A DNA stretch of 64,000 nucleotides from positions 13,391,375 through 13,455,374 of the forward strand of contig OZ316897.1 of assembly GCA_973895155.1 (NCBI GenBank), written 5' to 3'. The translations under genes and the position numbers were made by a program. Under the pieces are notes generated by a model. The model did not search any database and had not been told where the DNA came from. It was given only the letters and a program-made list of their open reading frames with translations. Of this stretch, positions 1-9,163 are shown piece by piece (positions within the stretch are counted from its first letter, which is position 1; each line of letters opens with the position of its first letter). This DNA is from Marsupella aquatica (taxonomy: Eukaryota > Plantae > Marchantiophyta).

Positions 1-929
1 TCATTGAACATTGCCAAAGACCTAACTTCATAGAATCTCACCTGAACCGAAAACGACAATGGGTGTCTAGAGTCCCAACCAGAAGTTAGCTTCCAAAGTT
101 CTCTCCCAAGTGCCTCAACTTTATCTCTTGAGTTCGCTCACAAAGTACTCTCCACAGTTCCTTGACCTTGGCTCCCAAGTTTGCCCTCTCCTGGTCTCCA
201 GAGTATTGGCGTGACCATAGCACTACAACCCAAATGCAGGCCAACTAGAACCCAAAGGCAGTATGAGGTATCGTGTGATGCGAGTAGACAGTAATGTTTG
301 CTAGCAAGGAGGGTATTGCTATTGAGTCACAGGAGTGGTTATTAATGTGGTTATTAATGATTTTTTAATTTATGCTGACTTTCCTATTTCTAGTGCATTT
401 CTAAGACTCCAGTTTTCTCAGTAGCCAACATTGGGTTTAACTCAAAAATGATGCAAAAGCTAACCTATTTCAATCCAGGTTTTGGCTAGTTAGGGACTAA
501 GTTTGCTAGCAAAGTGATATATATAAGAAAAAATAAATGGTGTTGTCAGGAATTTTTCCTTGTAACAGGAATTATTTTTTTATTTGCTTGCACACTGAAA
601 CTACGCATGCAGCAGCGCTATGACCAGCAGGACGTGGACTAGAATAACCCTAAACATTAGCACACGAGGAATTGGCAGCACCAGGCTGACCACAATTACC
701 CTAAACAACAGCGCACAAGGATTTGGAATCACCGTAGAGGGTCCTCAGTCCTCACTCCTCAACATGTGGACTTTTGACCCCAAGTCTCTTCGTGCAGCAA
801 TAGTCACAAATTGTCCATCATGCAAATCATAGAGTAGAGTACATAGCTGTCATTACAGTTAGCGCCAGTGGTCAGGCATGCCTTGTGACTAGCAAGTTTC
901 ATTCTCTGACCAGATCGTTTTGTTTCGCT

Positions 930-1225
930 TTAACTCTAGTGTGGCAGTAGCTTCTGCTTTTGCATGCAACATGGATTCTGCTCCAAATTGTCTTGGCCAT
1001 GTTTAGTATGTGCTATGTGCCACAGCCACTTGAAGTAGTTATAGTTTTGCTTCAGTTTGAACTCTAGTGTGGCATTCAATAGGTTGTGCTTTTGCATGCA
1101 ACCTGGTTATGCTCCAAATTGTCTAGTGTGGCATTCGATAGGTTGTGCATCCTGGTTATGCTCCAAATTGTCTTGGCCAAATTTAGTATGTGCTATGTGG
1201 CACAGGCCGTTGTGGTAGTTGTAGG
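930..1225. repeat. Degenerate local tandem duplication
   Basis: Blocks ctagtgtggca, tgctccaaattgtct and tttagtatgtgctatgtg recur 2-3 times. Confidence 0.7.
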
Positions 1226-1509
1226 AATCTATATGAAAAATGTAAAAATGTCAACTGAGGATTTTATTCCCTGCAAGCCAAATAGTGCGGTTTGTTCGAG
1301 GGCAGTTTCCCCTCTAAGGAAGTAAAGTAAATAAAGTCTTTATACTCCCTCGATGGTGACTTCTCCTCTGATAGAGGCTGAGAAACATATGACTGTTTTC
1401 TTGTGGTTATGAAATACACTTTTTAATTAATAAGTGCCCGCTTCCAAGGAACAAATCATATAAACAGAAAATATATGACTTTGTAGGCTGAAACTGCCAA
1501 CATGCCCAA

Positions 1510-2584
1510 CGGAGTATAGCATTGCATCGGCCCGATCACAACGGGCTAAGGCATTTCACCTACGGACATCTAACTAGAAAGTTATGAGCATAGCAAGTTA
1601 GCTTTGTGTCTAGTCGATTCGGTTGCAGTCTAGGTAAAGGACCAAAACAATTGGGGACCACAGTTGGGTCGGGGTGGTAGATCACCAGAAGCATATATGA
1701 GGAGAGTGGTGTCTCCTAGGGGCCAAGGGTGAGCCCAGGCATGGAGCGTGGCAGTCGCACCACAAAGCGAAGACACCAAACGGAAATGGTGTGATCTCCT
1801 CAATAGAAAGTCCGTTGGAGGACTTCTTGGGTGTATTGGAAAGCTCTTGAGGAGGACTGCATCCTCTTGATCTCACCTGAGTCTTGGGGTGCCTTTGGTC
1901 CTCATAGTGTGCAAGGGCTATATCACCTACTTTCTAATCTTGCCAAAATAGCAGCCAAACCACGTTGACTTTCCACGGGAGCTTGCGTTGGGGAGGCAAC
2001 ACAAAGTAGACACAGGTGTTAAGGTCCAAGTGCATCTTATCCTTGGACTCCCGGTTGAGTTGGAGCCGTAAAGACAATTGCTAGAGTCGGGGCCAAACTG
2101 GTCCCGACGTTTGGGACAAGCTTCGACACAAGCTAACTATTTGGGCCACGACCATGGGCATGTCTTGGGGGCAGGGCGGTCAACAAATGACAGATAGAAG
2201 TGGGGAAGCTCAGACACGCCCGGTAGAGGGGCTCTTCTGGACTAACAGTGGGTGCCGACATTAGCTCAACTCATGGCAAGGAGGCTCTATTTGCTAACCT
2301 ACTTAGTGTTGAGCTTGAAACAAGACAATAGTCTTGGGTTCTATGATCAAGGTGCATTGCTTACCCATTGGTTTGTTTGGATGTGCACAATCATAGTAGG
2401 GTGTTGTGTTGAGGAGAAAATGCAGCTTTACCTGGGCGTTGTCGTTGGCGGCGACAGTGAAGAGACATCGGTGTGCTTGCTCAAGGAGGTTTGTTGAGGC
2501 GTTTGGGCACCAGGAGTACTTAGGCAAAGGAATTGGGCTTGGTGAGGGCATTAGGTGGCTACGAGGGTGGCTAGGTCCACCACT
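1510..2584 (-). repeat. Dispersed ~1.4-kb non-coding repeat family, copy 1 (truncated)
   Basis: Colinear similarity to 51776-53140 and 59865-61170, with the shared terminus AGTGGTGGACCT. Confidence 0.8.
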
Positions 2585-2910
2585 TTCTAGAACCTTCATT
2601 GCAAGGGAACTCTAATAGGTTATCTTTAGTGTGAACATTTGGAACTTGCATGTAAGTAGTTCTAAGCCAATTATGTGGGTACATGGCAAGTTTTTTCTTT
2701 CTAGAACCTTCATTTCAGGGGAACATTAGTATTTTATCCTTATTATGAATGAATCGAAAGACATTGTTTATTCTTGTTCACACTTAAAGGTTTTTTTCCT
2801 ATAAATGGCATCCGCACCCCTCTCAATCCTGCTTACTGGTGTGGCTAGGATATGATTGCACTTTTGGTAGTCAGAGTCTGTGCAAGATGGGCCAGCCATG
2901 AAGTGCTCTT

Positions 2911-3086
2911 TGTCGTGACATATAGTATCGTAGCCATAGTGTATCGAAAACATACAAGTCACCGGCAAGGCATATGTGCAAGCTGCTAGCAACCAACATG
3001 CATAGAAAAAGTCCAATCACATTCACAAGTGCCAAGAAAAAGCAAATGAAGTGGTATGTACGTAGTGGAGGTGTAAACCTCTGTAT
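2911..3086 (-). repeat. Terminal repeat Y2 (3' end of element, 176 bp)
   Basis: Direct repeat of 3447-3622. Ends ...CACGACA on the element strand, next to the TSD. Confidence 0.95.
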
Positions 3087-3444
3087 ATAAAAGGCGTAAG
3101 AGAAACAATTGTACTGAAATCGAATCGAAAACCGGCAGGATGCCAAGATCGGTCGGGAGCATCTAACGAATCACTGTGTGAATCCCGTGTATGGAACCAA
3201 CGAGCACTGTCTGAGCTCTGTCAACAGCGATTCAAGAAGAACTAAAAACCCACAAAGAAAGACATGCCCTAAGCAAGCAAAGTCCTGGCGTCACACTAAC
3301 AAGCACATTTGCTTCAAGAACGGCCCAGACTTGCTACAAGAACATGTCGCTAACTCGGGTAGTACACTAGCCCTAATTACATACCTAGCGGGCAGGCGAG
3401 GGACATGCCGATGTGCATAAGAGGCACTGCCCCTCGGCATGACA
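3087..3444 (-). repeat. Terminal repeat X2 (358 bp)
   Basis: Direct repeat of 12548-12905. Confidence 0.95.
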
Positions 3445-3446
3445 AC

Positions 3447-3622
3447 TGTCGTGACATATAGTATCGTAGCCATAGTGTATCAAAAATATACAAGTCACCG
3501 GCAAGGCATATGTGCAAGCTGCTAGCAACCAACATGCATAGAAAAAGTCCAATCACATTCACAAGTGCCAAGAAAAAGCAAATGAAATGGTATGTACGTA
3601 GTGGAGGTGTAAACCTCTGTAT
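3447..3622 (-). repeat. Terminal repeat Y1 (176 bp, directly after the PPT)
   Basis: Direct repeat of 2911-3086 with 3 substitutions. Separated from X2 by 2 bp (3445-3446). Confidence 0.95.
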
Positions 3623-3640
3623 CCCCCCCAGACCACAGCC
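3623..3640 (-). other. Polypurine-tract-like plus-strand primer site
   Basis: Element strand reads GGCTGTGGTCTGGGGGGG (G7), abutting the first base of Y1 about 30 bp after the pol stop codon. Confidence 0.75.
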
Positions 3641-3661
3641 AAAAGGAGGGCTAAAGAAAAT

Positions 3662-4770
3662 TCAGGTAGCACGTGGAGCATAGGAAGGGCAAAACCATAA
3701 CCCTTCTGGCACCTGGGTAAGTTCAGGCTGCAGGCAGAAAAGATGGTACCCTCCATTGCAATTGTCACACAACAGCATCTGGTCAGCATCATCAATTCGC
3801 AAACACATTTTGCAAGGGTAGTCCACAGGTGGAATCCAGGTAGAAGTCACAATGGTGGGATCCAGGTTAGGCAGATGACAAGGGGCGCAATTCTTGGCAT
3901 TGTCAGCAATTGTGCGCCCATATGCCCCTTGTAACTCTAGCACTCCAGACGGTCGAATAGCTTTAACCCTGAGAATAGTACGACTGGTAGAGGTGTCCAA
4001 GGTGTCGTTAGCTTGCCGTTGCAAGTACACAAAATCTCCCACTTCAAACTTCCTAACCTTGGGCTGAAAAGTGCCCCCTCGTGTGTGTGCATAACGCAGT
4101 GTGTCCCTGTGCTGTGCGATGGCCAAATTCTCCATGGCCATGGGCATAACCCTCCTGAATAGGGCAGCCCTCTCAGAGATCACATCAGACCAAGTCACAG
4201 CTGAATCCAAGTCTACCACTTGAAGCATGTGAGCAGCAATAGCAGAAGGTGGAACTGGGTGACGACCAAACAACAAGAAGTAGGGAGAAAAGTTAGACAG
4301 TGATGCATGTCACATCCTATACCCCATGGCAATGTAGGGTAAGGCCAGGTTCCAATCCTCCTTGTTTTTGGTGAGGCAAATCTTCCGGAGACCCTTCTTG
4401 CATGTCTGAACCATGCACTCTGCCAAGCCATCTGCCTGTGGGTGATCTCGTGATGTCCGGCGATGATCAATGAGGGCCTGATCAAGCAGCTCCTGGAACT
4501 CTCCTCTAAACTCTGAGCCTTGGTCAGTGAGACATTCTGCACAAGCTCCAAAGCGACTGAGAACTTGTTGCAGAAATGCCTGGCTGGTGCTACGGGAGGT
4601 CTTATCCGGCAATGCCACAAGTTCTATCCACTTGGAGAAATGCTCTATCATGATCATGATGTAGAGATTACCCCGAGACGTGAGGGGTAATTCTCCAACC
4701 AAATCACATGACCAACGATAAAACATGCCCTGAATAGGGAGTGGATGAAGTGTGGGTTGCCGAGATGTGA
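3662..4770 (-). pseudogene. Integrase DDE core and C-terminal PHD finger (frameshift near 4770, in-frame TGA at 4310-4312)
   Basis: Catalytic residues in CDLVG, TDQGSEF and GLAECMVQ, then FSPYFLLFGRHP. PHD is CKMC...LLCDNCNGGYHLFCL...WFCPSY at ~3680-3815, with the last Cys replaced by Tyr. Confidence 0.9.
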
Positions 4771-6999
4771 AGAAGTCCTCACCCTATCACACTGTTCACA
4801 CCGGGCAATAACATCTTGAACCTGGCCATGCATACCTCTCCAATGATAATGAGGGACCAAGAGGCTGTAAGTCCTCTTAACGCCAAAATGACCAAGCTCA
4901 GAATGTACCTTACGGATAAGGCCAACCCTCTCATGAATGGGTGGAACCACCACTTCCCTGTCTGGCAAGCAGCGCACGAGATGATCTCCCTTCCACAAGT
5001 AACGCTTGGACCTTTGCTGAATTCGGTCTCTCTGGGCAGCAGTAACATGTATGGGGTACTCCCCATGCTGCAAAAATCTCAGAGTGTCGTTGTCCTCCCA
5101 TATGTCCACCACAGGTTGGTCAACAACGTAGCATGGCAGCAAAGCAAGATAGGTAGATGCATGAAATGTAGGCAGGATGGAAACCTGGTCAAAATCCTGC
5201 CGTGCATCTGAGGAATCATCAGAGGCAATCAAAGGGCTGCGGGACATAGTGTCAGCATTTTGATGTGTCACACCAGGCCTAGGAATTACCTCAAAATCAT
5301 ACTCCTGGAGTATGAGCGCCCAACGAGCAAGCTTGCCAGTAAGCTTGTCGTTGGTCATCAACCACTTCAAGGGCTGGTGGTCGGTGTAGAGGACAAATCT
5401 GGTCCCATAGAGGTAGGGCCTGTAATGTATGACAGCCCACACAACAGCAAGGCATTCACCCTCATACGAAGAATAATGACTCTCTGCCTGATTGTTGCTC
5501 CTGGATGCATAGGCAATGACGTACTCTTTACCTTCCTCATCATGCTGGCCCAGAATGGCACCAATCCCAAGGGCACTCCAATCTGTGTGGAGCACAAAGA
5601 CCTTGCTGAAATCAGGTCTTCTTAGCACCGGGTATTCTGAGAGCTTCTCCTTCAAAGTGGCAAATGTTGCCTCAGCATCTGTACTCCATGTCCAAGTCAC
5701 ATTCTTTTTCAATAAAGCATACAATGGGTGTGCAATGGTGCTGAAATCTTTGATGTAGATCCGGTAGTAATTGCACAACCCAATAAAACTCCTCAAGGCG
5801 TGAACATCGGTAGGAGTGGGCATTTCCAAGATGGATACCACCTTGGCCCAGTGAGCCATGGTTCCATTTGGAAGAATGCGGTGCCCAAGGTATACTACTG
5901 ATCTGACAGCAAATTCACACTTCTTGGGGTGTATCTTTAGGTTCACCTTCTTAAGCCTCGTGAATAGCTCCTCAAGGTCAAGTAGATGCTGGTCAAATCC
6001 TTTGCTGTGGACCAACACATCATCAATGTAGCATTTCAGAAACTCAGCACCTTGAAGAACCTGGTCCATGACTCTTTGAAAGAATATTGGCGCATTCTTC
6101 AAGCCAAATGGCATCACCAACCACTCCCATAGTTGGTTACTACCATGGAAAGTTGTTTTCTTGCGATCCTTTGCAAGCAGCAAAATCTGGTTGAAGCCTT
6201 GCCTTAGATCCACAAGAGTGAAGATGTATGAGTCTCCAATGCTGTCAAATAGCTCCTCTGGCCGTGGCATGGGGTACCTGTCCTGGGGTGTGACCAGGTT
6301 CAGTGGCCTGTAGTCCCCACACATGCGCTTCTCTATCCACAATCCACTGGAATCCTTCTTTGTTGGCATCACTGTAGCTGCTGCAAAATCTGATGTAGAT
6401 GGCTGAATAAGACCAGCTTCATAGAGCTCTTGGCACCTCTCATCCACCAGCTGCCACTCATGCTTACTCAAACGGTGTCTCCGCCTGAAGATAGGTGTTT
6501 CATCAGCCAACTCAATGGAGAACTGCATAGTCTTGCACTTACCCAAGTCCTTCATAGAGAAAGCAAACACATTCTCATGCTTGAGGAGCAAATTCAGCAG
6601 CTGGTCCTTCTGTCTTTTACTCAGGTGGTTGCCCATGATGAATGTGTAGTTGGCAACACTAGGAATAGGACCTGATGTACTCGTACTTGAAGAGCCATAA
6701 GTGCTAGCCTCTCCACTGTCCAAGCTGCTGATAAGGTGATGAGGCCTCTCCAAGGCCTGTTGTACCTGCTGATCTGGGTTGGTCCACACCATGAAACTCA
6801 GAAATAATATCAGCCACATTACAAGGGACCTCCTCCCCCCCAACACTTGGACTGAAGCGGTGAGTGTTGAATAGAGGTAAGTGCACCTGGTCGGGATGCC
6901 ATGTAGCAGCACCATGGAGTGGTAGAGCTGGAACTCCAGATGCTGGATGAATGTATATCTGAAAAAGGATGCAAGTGACCAGAAGCCAAGTGAGAGCAT
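4654..6999 (-). CDS. pol: Pol: reverse transcriptase, RNase H, integrase HHCC zinc domain
   Basis: RT motifs RMCGDYRPLN, MPFGLKNAP, YIDDVLV. RNase H motifs LHTDWS, YEGECLAV, YTDHQPL, NADTMSR. IN zinc domain HSELGH...CEQC. The real coding part is about 4770-6750, with a frameshift at each end. Confidence 0.95.
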   Translation of the reverse strand: MLSLGFWSLASFFRYTFIQHLEFQLYHSMVLLHGIPTRCTYLYSTLTASVQVLGGRRSLVMWLILFLSFMVWTNPDQQVQQALERPHHLISSLDSGEASTYGSSSTSTSGPIPSVANYTFIMGNHLSKRQKDQLLNLLLKHENVFAFSMKDLGKCKTMQFSIELADETPIFRRRHRLSKHEWQLVDERCQELYEAGLIQPSTSDFAAATVMPTKKDSSGLWIEKRMCGDYRPLNLVTPQDRYPMPRPEELFDSIGDSYIFTLVDLRQGFNQILLLAKDRKKTTFHGSNQLWEWLVMPFGLKNAPIFFQRVMDQVLQGAEFLKCYIDDVLVHSKGFDQHLLDLEELFTRLKKVNLKIHPKKCEFAVRSVVYLGHRILPNGTMAHWAKVVSILEMPTPTDVHALRSFIGLCNYYRIYIKDFSTIAHPLYALLKKNVTWTWSTDAEATFATLKEKLSEYPVLRRPDFSKVFVLHTDWSALGIGAILGQHDEEGKEYVIAYASRSNNQAESHYSSYEGECLAVVWAVIHYRPYLYGTRFVLYTDHQPLKWLMTNDKLTGKLARWALILQEYDFEVIPRPGVTHQNADTMSRSPLIASDDSSDARQDFDQVSILPTFHASTYLALLPCYVVDQPVVDIWEDNDTLRFLQHGEYPIHVTAAQRDRIQQRSKRYLWKGDHLVRCLPDREVVVPPIHERVGLIRKVHSELGHFGVKRTYSLLVPHYHWRGMHGQVQDVIARCEQCDRVRTSSHLGNPHFIHSLFRACFIVGHVIWLENYPSRLGVISTS

Positions 7000-9136
7000 T
7001 AAGATCCATTACCCTGCCAAGTAAAGCATTCCTGGCCAGCCTGGTGATCTGGGTGTGACCTGTAGTACCGGATTGGAAGCCCATAGCCCGTTCTCTCTCC
7101 TCAGGACTAGGTTCATCCCAAGTACCGGTAGAATGTCGATAAACCAGGCCAGGACCATCACCCTGAAAGGCATGTGCACCTGGAAAGGATACAAATGTAG
7201 GCCAAGCAGCACGGGGCTGTCCAATGGTATTGGCTGGATACCAAGGTGCTGGCTCTTGCCGTGTAACTGGTTGGCAAGAACTGTCAGGATCCAAAATCTG
7301 GTCCACTGTGAGGTTAGTGTCCCTGGATGTGTGGTGAAGAGCTAACTCCAACAAGGAAGGTGGTGCAAGGTTAGTCCAAAAGTTACGAAGATGATGTGCA
7401 TAAGAACCACAATGCACTGCATCAATGAGAAGGGGTGATCCCAAGTAGTGCTGGACCACACTGAAATCCTCTTTGACCTGTGGTCGCTGGTCAAACTGAG
7501 ATGGAGTATTCTCAATGATATAACCAACAGCAGGATAAAGGGATTGAGCCCAGGTGAGAATCTGAACCAATGCTATGAAAAGGCCAGAACGAGAATCATG
7601 TAGTCCAACACCGTGACCAGCAGCTGAAAACCCTTGGCATTCCCAACCAGCTATGATCAAATCAAGGGAGCCAAGAAGGGTTAAGTGCCGGTGCTGGACA
7701 AGCTGGATATCTGGAGGAAAGAAAAAAAATGCAGACTTCCATGCACTGTGTGGAAACTGCTGAGGAAATCGCTCTGAAAATTCCAGCAGATGGGATTCAG
7801 CCACTTGCCTTGCACCTGGATCAATATCCACATAGATGTACTGCTTCACCACCATGCCAGACTGTAGGAGAGCTTCCAGGCCTGTAGAAATGCCACCAAA
7901 AAGCTCAAGCAATGTAAGGCCATCCGGAGCAGGAGTCCATGTAACTGGTGCGCTCAAGATTGGGGCTATTGGCTGTCTATTGTGCTGCCCAAGGTCTTCA
8001 AACTTGCGCAATGCAGCCACCAAAGGTCCATGGGCTGCTTGGAGCCGTTGTACCACCTCTGGTTGATGATCCACGTTGCTGGAAAGTGCTGCTATACATG
8101 CAGTAGCATGTGCAGCAGCCACCTCATCGTCATCCTCCTCAATCCAATCTTGCAATGGGTGGTTGACATAGGTAGCTGTGTGCACTGCTTTCAACACACA
8201 GTGGTGAGCCATAGGTGTATGGGCACCATGCAAATCAAGTGGAATGTAGCCTAAGTGTGAGCCATCAGTATGCCAATCAACTCTATAGTATGCATGCTCA
8301 TGCCAATTGTCAATGGTAAAACCTGGTGGGAACAAAGCCTCCTGGCCAATGAGCACATCATACGTAGTGGCATTGGTAACCAAACATCTGACTGGGAAAT
8401 GCAGTTCCTGATCTGTACCTCCATTAAAAGTGAGAGTGAGTAAAGTAGAACTCTCACCCAGCACATCCTCCACAGTGCCACTAGCAGTCCGAATGTGCCA
8501 CTTGGATTGCTGTAAATGATCAGTCAACAGTCCCATCTTCTTGGCAAACTGAATGCCCAATATCACTGGTTGAGCACCTGTGTCTTCCATGACCACCTGA
8601 GGAGTGTGACCCTCCAACTTGACCACTGAATTCCTGTTGTCAACAATGGCAATGGTGGTGGAAACTGAAGTCCTGTCACTAGGCACCACTCTCGGCAAAT
8701 GATGAGGTACCTTGTGAAGGGAGTTAGTGTCCACGGTCTTTCCACTCAACAACATAACCAGGAAAGATGGAGCAGCATGACCAGAATCAAGTGTAGCTCT
8801 GGTCACACAATCAGCAGCAATCGGTACTGGGGCAGCCAAACCAGTGGAAACATGTAAAGGAGAAGAAGAAGGTCCAGTATGTACATGAGATTGGACCTCC
8901 AAAACCGGTGTCACAGGGGCTGATGAAGAATGCAGTGAACCCTCCAGCGCCCTGAGGACAACTCTAGCATCCAGCTGTAAATCATGGCAACTGAAAAGTG
9001 GAGTTGTAAGAATCCTTTGTGTCATACCGGAGGTGAAATGCTCAAGCATCTCAGGAGAAACAACTCCCTGTGAAATGTCAGTAGCACCTGGTGGTGGAAT
9101 GGGTGTAGCTGCAGCTCCCTCCCCCCTCGCCAACAA
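6704..9136 (-). CDS. Aspartic protease + DNMT3-like C5 DNA cytosine methyltransferase
   Basis: Protease motif EDTGAQ at ~8570-8590. MTase at ~6965-7920 with motifs I LELFGGIS, II YVDID, IV AGWECQGFS, VI IENTP, VIII AHHLRNFWTNL and IX/X ERERAMGF...RLARNALLGR. Confidence 0.9.
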   Translation of the reverse strand: MLARGEGAAATPIPPPGATDISQGVVSPEMLEHFTSGMTQRILTTPLFSCHDLQLDARVVLRALEGSLHSSSAPVTPVLEVQSHVHTGPSSSPLHVSTGLAAPVPIAADCVTRATLDSGHAAPSFLVMLLSGKTVDTNSLHKVPHHLPRVVPSDRTSVSTTIAIVDNRNSVVKLEGHTPQVVMEDTGAQPVILGIQFAKKMGLLTDHLQQSKWHIRTASGTVEDVLGESSTLLTLTFNGGTDQELHFPVRCLVTNATTYDVLIGQEALFPPGFTIDNWHEHAYYRVDWHTDGSHLGYIPLDLHGAHTPMAHHCVLKAVHTATYVNHPLQDWIEEDDDEVAAAHATACIAALSSNVDHQPEVVQRLQAAHGPLVAALRKFEDLGQHNRQPIAPILSAPVTWTPAPDGLTLLELFGGISTGLEALLQSGMVVKQYIYVDIDPGARQVAESHLLEFSERFPQQFPHSAWKSAFFFFPPDIQLVQHRHLTLLGSLDLIIAGWECQGFSAAGHGVGLHDSRSGLFIALVQILTWAQSLYPAVGYIIENTPSQFDQRPQVKEDFSVVQHYLGSPLLIDAVHCGSYAHHLRNFWTNLAPPSLLELALHHTSRDTNLTVDQILDPDSSCQPVTRQEPAPWYPANTIGQPRAAWPTFVSFPGAHAFQGDGPGLVYRHSTGTWDEPSPEERERAMGFQSGTTGHTQITRLARNALLGRVMDLNALTWLLVTCILFQIYIHPASGVPALPLHGAATWHPDQVHLPLFNTHRFSPSVGGEEVPCNVADIISEFHGVDQPRSAGTTGLGEASSPYQQLGQWRG

Positions 9137-9163
9137 GGTGCGCTCTTCAGCAAGTGTGAGTGG

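Noticed and set aside
2911-3444. Reading X2+Y2 (534 bp, TG...CA) as an ordinary 3' LTR with a truncated 5' LTR
   Set aside because: No purine tract precedes X2. The PPT precedes Y1 and the self-priming PBS follows X1 directly, so the split layout fits the priming signals better than random truncation does.
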